Part shown: piece after piece, positions 24,697 through 33,847 of the stretch
How positions within the stretch are numbered: position 1 is the first letter of the stretch
Layout of the letters: each line of letters starts with the position of its first letter
IMG/VR virus record: IMGVR_UViG_3300046005_000771
Location: 1 to 61,095 of that record
DNA: 61,095 nt
Strand: one strand, 5' to 3'
Source of the DNA: a virus
Lineage: Duplodnaviria; Caudoviricetes
Made by a program: the position numbers and the translations under genes
The notes under the pieces: model-generated
Database searches by the model: none
Seen by the model: the letters and a program-made list of their open reading frames with translations, nothing else
What the model was told of the DNA's origin: nothing

Positions 24697-26562
24697 TTAA
24701 CGTGCTCCGCCCCATGAATTACCTATTTCTACGTCTACTTTGCTGGGAACTTCGAGTTCCACAGCGTTTCGCATGATTTCTGCGGCCTGTAATGCCTCGT
24801 CACGGTTCTTAACAGACACGGCAACCTCATCGTGCACCTGTAAAAGGATACGGAAGCCTGCTTTATGTAATGCAATCATCGCCGCTTTGGTTTGGTCGGC
24901 GGCAGAGCCTTGGATTAAACGGTTCAAACCCTTATAAGTACCGGCACGCTTGATCCTTGGTCCGTATTCCGAGACGGCTTGTTCGTAAGGAAGCGCCTTG
25001 TTCACGCCCCATGCGATTGGTTCCCATAATGGGAACCTACATTTACGTCCCAACAAGGTGCGAATAGCGCCATTGGACGCAGGCTTTTCAATACGGCGCA
25101 TGACCGCGTCGACTGTACCGCGTAGAAAGGGCACTTTGTTGTGGAAAGTGGTCATCAATTCACTGGCTTCGTCCACAGGAAGGTCCAACTGGCCGGCTAA
25201 TTTGTTCTTGCCCATGCCATACATCAAGCCTAAGCCGATTGTCTTGGCTTGTTTACGCTCAATGCCTGCCATGTCGGCCACCATCTGATGGAAATCAGTG
25301 TCAGGATTGTCCCGATAGGCTTGTGCCATCTTCTCTGCACCGTCTAAACCGATAAGCGTAGCGTAATGCACTAGCAAACGTGGCTCTTGTGATGAGAAGT
25401 CGTTCGCGGCCCATAGCTCGCCCTCTTCAGGAAGGAATAAAGAGCGCACTAAGGGGCCTATGACCTCGTGTCTTGCTGGGACCTGCTGCAGGTTAGGCTG
25501 GGACATGGAAAGCCTGCCAGTGACCGTGCCGCCATCGTCAGAGCGAAGTTGATTGACATGTGGATGTATGCGTCCATCGGCCGCTGAAAAGTCCAGGTAA
25601 GGCTGTAAGAACGTTCCGTGGGTCTTGTTTAGCTCGCGTGCTTCTACAATCATCTTAGCGATAGGGTGTGCGTTGCCATCTAGGAAAGATTTAGTGAAGC
25701 TTGGTGCGCCGGCCTCGGTCCTTGGGTACTTGATATTAAGCTTGTCGAATGCAGTAGCGATACTAGACGCGGCCCATATATCGACGTGATTGCCCACTTC
25801 TTTCTTAATGTCCATCAAATACTGCTGTTCTTTGCGCTTCATGTCCTTGATCAGCTTCTCTGCGTTCTCGCGATCAAAGCGAACACCTTTAAATGTTAGG
25901 TCGATAAGGATAGGGAGCATCTCGGTTTCAATACCGAAGATGGACTCGACTTCTTCTTTACGCAGTAGCGTCTGCAGATGATGCCAAAGCTTCAATGTCA
26001 ATGCCGCATCTTGCTCGGCATAGTCGCCCACATACATGGCAGGCAACTTCCATAGTTCTTTCTTAGGGTGCACGCCGAAGTCGGCGGCCGCGTCTTTAAG
26101 TCCTTGCTCGGACTTGGTCTCTTTGAGCATGTCAAAGCCTAGGCTGTTCAGTGCGAATGAGAAACGGTTCTCGTCCACAATTGCAGCTGCGAGCATGGTA
26201 TCAATGATGCGTCCGTTGACCTCAAAGCCTTGTGCTTTAAGCCAGCCAGTATCGTATGCCGCGTTGTGCATAATCTTGTCGCAGGGCAATGCCAAGGTCT
26301 TCTTGACCCAGCGCTCCACAATGCCTTTATCTAGATTGCCTCCGCCATGATGTGCCACGGGGAAGTAGCCCTTCCATCCGTCTACTGCGAACGCGTAGCC
26401 GACGATGTAGCCATCTTTACGAGGCCAGCCTGGACCAAACTTCTCCATGTTAGGGTCGCATGTCTCCAAGTCGATTGCAATTTCCGTTGCCTGAGACAGG
26501 TCAGGAAAGCTCTGAGGAGGTAGCCATTCAGAGGACGTGGGGAATAGTGATCTGGGTTTCAT
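24697..26562 (-). CDS. polA: Family A DNA polymerase with 3'-5' exonuclease
   Basis: Exo DLET/HNAAYD/YAEQD; motif A DFSSQEPR; motif B KTIGLGLMYG; motif C LQVHDE. Confidence 0.95.
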   Translation of the reverse strand: MKPRSLFPTSSEWLPPQSFPDLSQATEIAIDLETCDPNMEKFGPGWPRKDGYIVGYAFAVDGWKGYFPVAHHGGGNLDKGIVERWVKKTLALPCDKIMHNAAYDTGWLKAQGFEVNGRIIDTMLAAAIVDENRFSFALNSLGFDMLKETKSEQGLKDAAADFGVHPKKELWKLPAMYVGDYAEQDAALTLKLWHHLQTLLRKEEVESIFGIETEMLPILIDLTFKGVRFDRENAEKLIKDMKRKEQQYLMDIKKEVGNHVDIWAASSIATAFDKLNIKYPRTEAGAPSFTKSFLDGNAHPIAKMIVEARELNKTHGTFLQPYLDFSAADGRIHPHVNQLRSDDGGTVTGRLSMSQPNLQQVPARHEVIGPLVRSLFLPEEGELWAANDFSSQEPRLLVHYATLIGLDGAEKMAQAYRDNPDTDFHQMVADMAGIERKQAKTIGLGLMYGMGKNKLAGQLDLPVDEASELMTTFHNKVPFLRGTVDAVMRRIEKPASNGAIRTLLGRKCRFPLWEPIAWGVNKALPYEQAVSEYGPRIKRAGTYKGLNRLIQGSAADQTKAAMIALHKAGFRILLQVHDEVAVSVKNRDEALQAAEIMRNAVELEVPSKVDVEIGNSWGGAR

Positions 26563-28058
26563 AGTCTAAAGCCTTTTCTTTCGTTTTTAGGTAAGACAAT
26601 ATGCAGGGCTTGACGGGCACGTGTGATTCCAACGTACAGTAAGCGATTTACATCGTCAGCGTTTTTCTCGTACTCGTTTGCAAATTTAGAGGACAGGTCC
26701 GTGAGCAGTAAGACATTATCCGCCTCACCGCCTTTTGCTCCGTGGATCGTGGACAGTTTAATATTGACCTTGCCCATAAGCTTCGTGCCGCGACGTAAAA
26801 GCGCCACGATGTAGTCACGCTTCTCTTCGCCTATCTTTGTTAATGCCTCATGCCAAATTAAATTGGTGTCAAGGCCGTGGTTCTTGATAAGGTAGTCCAT
26901 AGTAAACATGCCTTCAGGGTCAAGGTCTTTTAGCATTTTGTGACCGCGTTTGATATAATTGGAATCGAGGTGCTTATAGATCTGTTTGACAACAGGGAAA
27001 GGGACTTCTTTACCCCGACGAAGTGTTTCCCACCCCATCACCGCAGTCATCACGGCTTCATTAATGCTCCGATGTCCTTGGCGCTCAAACATCAAACCCT
27101 GTGACTTAATCCAATTATGCATATCATTTAATAAGTAGTTAGTGGACGCGAGGATAAGCCACTCACCTTGGGATATGTCCACGTGCTCAAAGTCGTTGTA
27201 GTACTTCACATCACCCTCAAACTCACGAGGGTTCCATTCCTTAGGCTGTCTCGTACGAATACGATTGACCACGATGTTAGCCAAGGCATGCACTTTCGCC
27301 GGGACGCGATAAGATTGTGCAAGGACGGTTATGTCGCCAGTAAAGCCTAGAAAGCTATTTACGTCTGCCCCGGCCCAGTTATACACGGCTTGGTCATCAT
27401 CACCAGCCAGGAACGAACGCTTGGCCCGTGAGGCGAGCTCCGCGACCAGACGCCATTGCAGGCGTGACAAGTCTTGCGCTTCGTCTACAATGAGCACTTC
27501 TAAACTAGGTAGGCGATGTGCTTCTTCTACTATGCGTTCTAGTAGGTCGGTAAAGTCTAGCAGAGCATTGGCCTCTTTGTATTGACGGTAAGCACGCTCT
27601 ACGTATTCAAAGTGATACCACTCGATTTTCATCTCACTACGGTTGTAGTGGGTGCGTAAGTCCTCACCCCGAATACGCGCAATGTTGATTTCATTTAGGA
27701 TAGGGTTGTCTACCCGCACCATGAAGTCTTCCTCGCCGTTCTCTATGCCAAGCTCAATGCCTGCCTCTTTAGCGAACTCCCTGAAGTTCTCCGGCTTCAT
27801 CATGTCCTTGTTGCCGATACCTAGGCAGCGGTAAGCCAGACTATGAAGCGTTCTGAACCAGGGGAAATCTATTTCAGGATTTAGCTGCGGAAACTTCTCG
27901 ACCGCTCTATCTTTTGCTTCAGTAGCCGCCTTGCGAGTAAACGCAAAGTAGCCCATCTGCGAAGGATGAACGCCGCTATCTAATTCCTGTTGAACCATGT
28001 TCAACAGAAAAGTAGTTTTGCCTGAACCGGGAGGTCCGAATACCTTTCTTATTGTCAT
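26559..28058 (-). CDS. UvrD/Rep-like SF1 helicase
   Basis: GPPGSGKT, AFTRKAA, TLHS, VDEAQD, GDDDQAVY, TIHGAKGGE, YVGITRA. Confidence 0.93.
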   Translation of the reverse strand: MTIRKVFGPPGSGKTTFLLNMVQQELDSGVHPSQMGYFAFTRKAATEAKDRAVEKFPQLNPEIDFPWFRTLHSLAYRCLGIGNKDMMKPENFREFAKEAGIELGIENGEEDFMVRVDNPILNEINIARIRGEDLRTHYNRSEMKIEWYHFEYVERAYRQYKEANALLDFTDLLERIVEEAHRLPSLEVLIVDEAQDLSRLQWRLVAELASRAKRSFLAGDDDQAVYNWAGADVNSFLGFTGDITVLAQSYRVPAKVHALANIVVNRIRTRQPKEWNPREFEGDVKYYNDFEHVDISQGEWLILASTNYLLNDMHNWIKSQGLMFERQGHRSINEAVMTAVMGWETLRRGKEVPFPVVKQIYKHLDSNYIKRGHKMLKDLDPEGMFTMDYLIKNHGLDTNLIWHEALTKIGEEKRDYIVALLRRGTKLMGKVNIKLSTIHGAKGGEADNVLLLTDLSSKFANEYEKNADDVNRLLYVGITRARQALHIVLPKNERKGFRL

Positions 28059-28060
28059 GA

Positions 28061-28312
28061 CTAAGCGTCAAGGTCTTCTAGAATAGGCCACATGATGATA
28101 GGCGTTGTTTCACCTACATATGCACCTACTATATTAAAGTCGATGTACTCGATCGCTTCTTCTTCAGTCATGCCGTCTTGCTCTACCATGGCCTCTACAA
28201 TCATAGGGCCATCGTAAATAGCACGTTCAACAAGCATGTTGCCATGCCAGGTCATGCACATGCCGATTAAGGCAAAGTCATGGTTATCAATTAATAAGGT
28301 ATCTTCGTTCAT
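28061..28312 (-). CDS. Conserved small acidic protein
   Basis: DGMTEEEAIEYIDFNIVGAYVGETTP. Confidence 0.7.
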   Translation of the reverse strand: MNEDTLLIDNHDFALIGMCMTWHGNMLVERAIYDGPMIVEAMVEQDGMTEEEAIEYIDFNIVGAYVGETTPIIMWPILEDLDA

Positions 28313-29841
28313 TAGAATGGACTCACTTTCTTCATTTCAGGAGTTACAAAAGGAGAGTCCTGTCTGTCAAATCGAGGTAGGCACCACACGCGTGTGGCTC
28401 TGCCTTTCAAGGAAAGACTTACAGGGTCTCCGCCTAGTTCGCGCATACGTTGCGCCATCTTCGGAGCAGAAAGCCCAGTGAAGTTGTTACGCTTCAAGTG
28501 AGCCTCCAAATCCTTGATTCGGAAATATACTTTACCTTCTTCATCGCTGGACCAAGGACGGCCCAGTAAAATTTCGTCGCGGTCCATGGCCTGTTGTAAG
28601 TGAGTGGTGAACTCTTCTACAAGGTCAACGAAGCGGCCGGTAATACTTGTATCGTCAGACGCCTCAGTAATCTGCTCTAGCTCCACCATCTCTTTGAGTA
28701 GGCCATTGAGCACGCCTTCCCAGTCTTGCTTACGCAAGGTAGGGGGCAACGTATTAATCTTGTCTATACATGCCTTTTGGAAAGCCATCTGATTGAACAG
28801 GCTTTCTGTCTCAAGCTCGATGCGTTTGCTGTTCACGTCCAAGAACCACAATGGCGGCTCGGAGTTATATTTAGATAGCGAGCCCATTTCAGGTGCATCA
28901 GGACCGTCACCGCCGATACCGAACTTACGAGTGCGGCAGATACCGGAGTTGCAGAATGAATTGATAGGTGCATCCTTGCACTTATACTTGTAATCTTTTT
29001 TCTGCAGTTGCTTGACAATAATTTGTAGCTCGCTCATTCCTAGTGGAGGACCAAAATACTTTTGGTTGTATTCCATTATCTTGTCTTCCCAGCCAATAGG
29101 ATGGACGCGTTTTAGGTAAATGCCAATATTGAACAGGCCATTGTTGCGAGTTCCCTCAGGAAAGCCTTGAGCACATAAAGCTTGCATGCAAGGAGGGCCA
29201 TCTTTGATCGGATTCTCTGTTTCACGAGGTTCTTCTGGAAATTCCAATTTATCGGCTTGCACAAAGCGGTCATAGAGCTCATAAAACTCCTCGATTGAGG
29301 CCGCAGTACCATCGTCCTTGATTGCGTAGCGGAAGCCATCATTACTTGCGAAATAGGGCAGGTTGAGGAAATTACCGGTGTCTCCACGCTCTACAAGTAT
29401 CTCAGATTGCTTAGGAAAGATCTCCCGACCCGATTCTCCGAGTAATCCAGCACATGCTTTGAGATATCGTTGCATTTCCCCTGCAGGGATAGGGTCTTTA
29501 GTAAATAGGAATACGTGTGCGCCACCGGATTTACTTCGGCATACCACAAGAGGTAAGTTTAGCTTGCGCACTTTTGTGACAAGGCCGAGGTGGTCTAGTG
29601 GATATTGGTCGATATCAATACAACCCCATATACAGGAGTTGTCTGCTCGAATAGGAATAATACCTAAGCTGGGTTCTACGCCATTAAGGTGATCAGTCCA
29701 TAGCTTATCAGTAGGCGGCTTACGGATGACCATAGCCTTGCCTGCCTGTTTGCCGTTGTCTTTAGATTTTTCAATCTTGTATGTGCCGTATGCAATATCT
29801 AATCCAGTAAATATTGCTTTGAATCGTGTGATGTCAGTCAT
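28312..29841 (-). CDS. AEP-type primase with PriCT-like domain
   Basis: WGCIDID, RSKSGGAH, GNFLNLPY, PPC...EGTRNNGLF. Confidence 0.8.
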   Translation of the reverse strand: MTDITRFKAIFTGLDIAYGTYKIEKSKDNGKQAGKAMVIRKPPTDKLWTDHLNGVEPSLGIIPIRADNSCIWGCIDIDQYPLDHLGLVTKVRKLNLPLVVCRSKSGGAHVFLFTKDPIPAGEMQRYLKACAGLLGESGREIFPKQSEILVERGDTGNFLNLPYFASNDGFRYAIKDDGTAASIEEFYELYDRFVQADKLEFPEEPRETENPIKDGPPCMQALCAQGFPEGTRNNGLFNIGIYLKRVHPIGWEDKIMEYNQKYFGPPLGMSELQIIVKQLQKKDYKYKCKDAPINSFCNSGICRTRKFGIGGDGPDAPEMGSLSKYNSEPPLWFLDVNSKRIELETESLFNQMAFQKACIDKINTLPPTLRKQDWEGVLNGLLKEMVELEQITEASDDTSITGRFVDLVEEFTTHLQQAMDRDEILLGRPWSSDEEGKVYFRIKDLEAHLKRNNFTGLSAPKMAQRMRELGGDPVSLSLKGRATRVWCLPRFDRQDSPFVTPEMKKVSPF

Positions 29842-29862
29842 TCTATCTTTCTCAGTTAAAGA

Positions 29863-29938
29863 TGGGGTACTCGCTGCGTCTGAAAATGCTACCAGTTTTC
29901 AAGTCGGAATTGGACCGAACAGCATCCGCTTTCCCCCA
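29863..29938 (-). ncRNA. Putative structured cis-regulatory RNA between SSB-like and primase genes
   Basis: UGGGG closing stem with GAA/AGUA loop-E-like internal loop and two inner hairpins. Confidence 0.45.
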
Positions 29939-29943
29939 AACGC

Positions 29944-30714
29944 TTAGAAGGGTAAGTTTTCTTCTCTTGCTGCTTCGTCTTGATGTTTAACTTTTACATC
30001 ACCTGTACTGATGGACTGTGCAAATAATTTAGCAGTTTGGTAAACGCCGGTGTCTTCAACTGAACCAACACGTTCAACTTCCCAACCGAACCACTTACCT
30101 TTATCGTTAGACTCACCAACTGTGCTTAGACGATAGACTTGGCTATACATAGGAGGCGTGTATAGACCGTTTTTACCATTCAATTTAACTGACATCATCA
30201 TTGAATTCCACTTGCGTGATTTCTTCAATTGTGTTGATTTCATCACAATCAATGCTGGGCTAGGAACGCCGTTAGCATCCAATACCATTACGTAATGGTT
30301 GGCAGTGTTTTCAATGTAATTGCCGCTATCTAAATAGTCACGGTTCTCACCTGTCTCACGATGTGTCTTAGACAAGATGTCGCTAGTGCTTGGATAGATA
30401 TTAATAGGTGCGCCTGAGCCGCTACCACGTGGTGCCCACTCTATGTACTGACGGACATAAGCTGTAGGAACTACAAGGATGCCTTTCTTACCATCATACA
30501 ACTCGCCTGTTACGCTGTTGTAAATCATGCCGGGTAATGCGCCATCTACATCGCCCACTTCAGGGGAAGTGTTTGTTAATAGACGTAAGAACGGAAGCGC
30601 AAAGTCTTCCTGATTCATTGTGTCAAAGCCGCTTAGTGCGTCGTCTTCAAATGATGAACCTAATACTAGTGCTGTAGAGCCTTTTACTTCTGCTATTTCT
30701 GATTTAGTAGCCAT
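29944..30714 (-). CDS. ssDNA-binding protein (putative)
   Basis: LPFLRLL...YIEW...MKSTQLKKSRKWN; acidic C-terminus ending LPF. Confidence 0.65.
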   Translation of the reverse strand: MATKSEIAEVKGSTALVLGSSFEDDALSGFDTMNQEDFALPFLRLLTNTSPEVGDVDGALPGMIYNSVTGELYDGKKGILVVPTAYVRQYIEWAPRGSGSGAPINIYPSTSDILSKTHRETGENRDYLDSGNYIENTANHYVMVLDANGVPSPALIVMKSTQLKKSRKWNSMMMSVKLNGKNGLYTPPMYSQVYRLSTVGESNDKGKWFGWEVERVGSVEDTGVYQTAKLFAQSISTGDVKVKHQDEAAREENLPF

Positions 30715-30734
30715 GATGCTTTATCCTTTTCTCG

Positions 30735-31289
30735 TTATGCTGATTTAATTACTGCTTTTTGGCCAATGTATGCGCCGAACAATTCGCTGGGGAACTCGTT
30801 ACCGCGTTCAACCTGCTCCTTAACCCATGCTTTTAAGGTCATCGGTTCTATCTTCTCGGCTTGATCAGCTGGATAGCCTGTCTCACCAAGTAGATTCAAT
30901 AGACGTGCACAGAGCTCGTCTTCGCCACGTCCGAAACGGACACTGACTGTATTCTTAATAATGTCATCAAAGCCGTGGTCCCTGAGCCATTGGTAGGCTT
31001 CAGCTCTACGTGCTTCTGAAATCGAGGCACTGTAGAAGGCTTTAATTTCAATGGATGACCCATCTTCCATACGGAACGCTTTCATGCCCATACCTGCTAA
31101 AGCCTCTGGAATAGATTCCTCGGTCAATTTACGGTACTGCTCTTTACGTTCTTTAAATACAGTTTCTAGGTCAAGGATTTCTTTCTCTAGATGCTTAGCG
31201 CGTTTAGCTAGATTAGCGATGCCTTGAATGTCGTCATCTTTAACCTGAAGCGCACCTGCGTCTTCCTCAAATATATTCGTCAAACTCAT
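30735..31289 (-). CDS. Conserved replication-module protein
   Basis: IPEAL...AYQWLRDHGFDDIIK...PMTLKAWVKE. Confidence 0.65.
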   Translation of the reverse strand: MSLTNIFEEDAGALQVKDDDIQGIANLAKRAKHLEKEILDLETVFKERKEQYRKLTEESIPEALAGMGMKAFRMEDGSSIEIKAFYSASISEARRAEAYQWLRDHGFDDIIKNTVSVRFGRGEDELCARLLNLLGETGYPADQAEKIEPMTLKAWVKEQVERGNEFPSELFGAYIGQKAVIKSA

Positions 31290-31614
31290 CTATTTCTCCT
31301 TTCTTGGGGAACAAATCAACCTGAATTGGAATGTAACGTTTTTCTAGTTTATCCCATTTCAAGCACTTAAATCTACCATTATTTTTACTCGCTGCAATAG
31401 CGCTGATGATTCCAATGGCAGTAGGATCACCTATAAAGAGGAGATAATCCTCATCTGTAAACTTTTCTAACTTACGCTGTATTCTACGAACAGTAGGATA
31501 CACTGAAAAAGCAATTTGCGCATTAGGCGGCAGAATTGTTTCTATGTCTCCATAGTTTAAAGCAGACGTAATGTTATGTGAACCCGTCTCAGAGACGACA
31601 AAAACTGTTGGCAC
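31267..31614 (-). CDS. Hypothetical protein
   Basis: ALNYGDI...DYLLFIGDP...LKWDK...Y; GTG start with RBS. Confidence 0.65.
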   Translation of the reverse strand: MPTVFVVSETGSHNITSALNYGDIETILPPNAQIAFSVYPTVRRIQRKLEKFTDEDYLLFIGDPTAIGIISAIAASKNNGRFKCLKWDKLEKRYIPIQVDLFPKKGEIDEFDEYI

Positions 31615-31645
31615 TATATTTCTCCCTTTCTAAATTCGAAAAGAC

Positions 31646-31674
31646 AGTGTACACTCTCGGTTATGGGATTGCAA
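31646..31674 (-). promoter_or_regulatory. Sigma70-type promoter of the replication operon, in a divergent intergenic region
   Basis: TTGCAA-N17-TACACT; the -10 sits in palindrome AGTGTACACT. Confidence 0.65.
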
Positions 31675-31697
31675 CCCCTCAACTAGAAAGAAAGATT

Positions 31698-33152
31698 ATG
31701 ACAACTGAATTTTTACATAACTATCCGTTTAAGAATAAACCATTTTTACATCAAGAGGCTTACCTAGAGCGCTTTTGGAACCATCGTGTGGCAGCGTTAT
31801 TTGCTGACATGGGTACCGGAAAGAGCTTCATGGTCATCAATAATATAGCCATGCTATATGACCAGGGTAATATAAATGCTGTATTAATTGTCGCGCCCAA
31901 AGGTGTATACCGCAACTGGCTCGATACTGAAATACCTAAGCATTTACCGTTACATGTAATATTTAGAATGGCAATATGGAACCCGTCGCCTAAGAAGGCA
32001 GAGAAAGAGGCGATGGATAGATTGTTTGAAGTGACAGAAGACTTGAAGATTTTAATCATGAACATTGAAGCGTTGTCCACGGAGAAAGGCGTTAAGTTCG
32101 CGAGCCGCTTCCTCTTGTCGCATGACGCGTATATGGCGATTGATGAGAGCACTACCATTAAGACGCCCACTGCTGCGCGGGCCAAGAACGCTGTTAAGGT
32201 AGGCAAGCTTGCTAAGTACCGTCGCATTATGACTGGATCTCCTGTTACGAAAAGCCCTATGGACTTATATCAACAGTGCGCCTTCTTGTCAGAAGATTGT
32301 CTAGACGCCCGTAGCTTCTATGCTTTCCAGGCTCGGTACGCGGTCACGGTAGAACGAAGCCTTGCTTCTCACTCCTTTAAACAGGTAGTAGGATACCGCC
32401 ATCTGGACGAGCTGCAAGAGAAGATCAATCGCTTTGCTTTCCGCGTGACTAAAGAGGAATGCCTGGACTTGCCAGACAAGATGTATACAAAGCGTGAAGT
32501 AGACTTAACCGACGAGCAGATAAAAGCCTACAACGAAATGAAGACCATGGCGCTGGCTATGTTTAAGGAGGGCATGGCGTCTACCGTCAATGCCTTGACG
32601 CAGATTATGCGCCTGCATCAGATAGTGTGTGGTCACTTAAAGCTTGATGACGGTACTATAAAAGAACTGCCTAATAACAGGGTAAAAGAGCTACTGAACA
32701 TTGTCGAAGAGACTAGCGGCAAGATTATCATATGGGCGAACTACCGCCATGACATCGAGGCAATTAAGATAGCGCTACAGAAGGAATACGGCATGAACTC
32801 CGTCGCCACGTATTACGGTGACACGGTGTCCGAAGACAGGCAGAAGATTGTCATTGACTTCCAAGACCCTGAATCAGAGCTGCGTTTCTTTGTTGGAAAC
32901 CCAAGGACAGGCGGCTACGGCTTGACCCTGACGGCTGCCAGCGTGGTCGTGTACTTCAGCAACAGCTTTGACTTGGAGGTACGCTTGCAATCAGAAGACC
33001 GTGCGCACCGTATTGGCCAGACAAAGAACGTGACATACATTGACTTGATATCGCCTAAGACAGTGGACGAGAAAATTGTGCAAGCCTTACGCGCTAAGAT
33101 TGACATCGCAAACCAAGTAATGGGCGAGGAGCTAAAAGAATGGTTGATTTAA
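31698..33152 (+). CDS. SNF2-family (SF2) helicase
   Basis: DMGTGKS, IDEST, MTGSP, GGYGLTLT, QSEDRAHRIGQ; ATG 31698 after AGAAAG. Confidence 0.92.
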   Translation: MTTEFLHNYPFKNKPFLHQEAYLERFWNHRVAALFADMGTGKSFMVINNIAMLYDQGNINAVLIVAPKGVYRNWLDTEIPKHLPLHVIFRMAIWNPSPKKAEKEAMDRLFEVTEDLKILIMNIEALSTEKGVKFASRFLLSHDAYMAIDESTTIKTPTAARAKNAVKVGKLAKYRRIMTGSPVTKSPMDLYQQCAFLSEDCLDARSFYAFQARYAVTVERSLASHSFKQVVGYRHLDELQEKINRFAFRVTKEECLDLPDKMYTKREVDLTDEQIKAYNEMKTMALAMFKEGMASTVNALTQIMRLHQIVCGHLKLDDGTIKELPNNRVKELLNIVEETSGKIIIWANYRHDIEAIKIALQKEYGMNSVATYYGDTVSEDRQKIVIDFQDPESELRFFVGNPRTGGYGLTLTAASVVVYFSNSFDLEVRLQSEDRAHRIGQTKNVTYIDLISPKTVDEKIVQALRAKIDIANQVMGEELKEWLI

Positions 33153-33847
33153 TCCCTATCAAAAAGCTATATAAATATGAAACATTGCAGCGGGTAGACG
33201 CCCCGGAAGGACGCCGCTATGTATACGGTGAACAAAAACTGCCAAGCGTAACAACGGTCCTGTCCAAGACTAAAGACCAGTCTCATCTTGACGCGTGGGC
33301 CGCGAGGGTTGGTGCGTCAGAAGCGGATCGTATAAAGAATGAGGCCGCTACAGTTGGCACGCACATGCACAACGTAATGGAGCGCATGATAGCCTATCGC
33401 AGCTTACCACGGCCCACGAACTGGCTGATGTGCAAGGGCTACGAGATGGGGTATAAGTTGATCAATACCTATTTCAGGAATATAGACGAGATATGGGGCT
33501 CTGAGGTCGCACTGTATTACCCGGACAAATATGCAGGGACCACGGACTTAGTGGGCGTGTATCGTGGAAAGCCTGCCATCATTGACTTTAAGCAAAGCGT
33601 TAAGCCTAAGAAGCGTGAGTGGATTGACGATTATTTCCACCAGCTGGCAGCGTATGCCTTAGCGCATGACATTGTTCACGGCACTAATATTGAAAACGGT
33701 GTAGTTTTGATGGCAATACAAGATGGCACAACCATGGAATATTCCACGGCTGGCCAGGAGTTTGTACGATATAAAGAAGAGTGGTTAAGACGCGTTGAAA
33801 AGTACTACGCCATGGACGAGATTGTGTCCATTGGGAAAAGCGACTGA
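33140..33847 (+). CDS. PD-(D/E)XK exonuclease (Cas4/MGME1-like)
   Basis: PSVTTVL, GTHMH, YAGTTDL, IIDFKQS, QLAAYA. Confidence 0.88.
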   Translation: MVDLIPIKKLYKYETLQRVDAPEGRRYVYGEQKLPSVTTVLSKTKDQSHLDAWAARVGASEADRIKNEAATVGTHMHNVMERMIAYRSLPRPTNWLMCKGYEMGYKLINTYFRNIDEIWGSEVALYYPDKYAGTTDLVGVYRGKPAIIDFKQSVKPKKREWIDDYFHQLAAYALAHDIVHGTNIENGVVLMAIQDGTTMEYSTAGQEFVRYKEEWLRRVEKYYAMDEIVSIGKSD

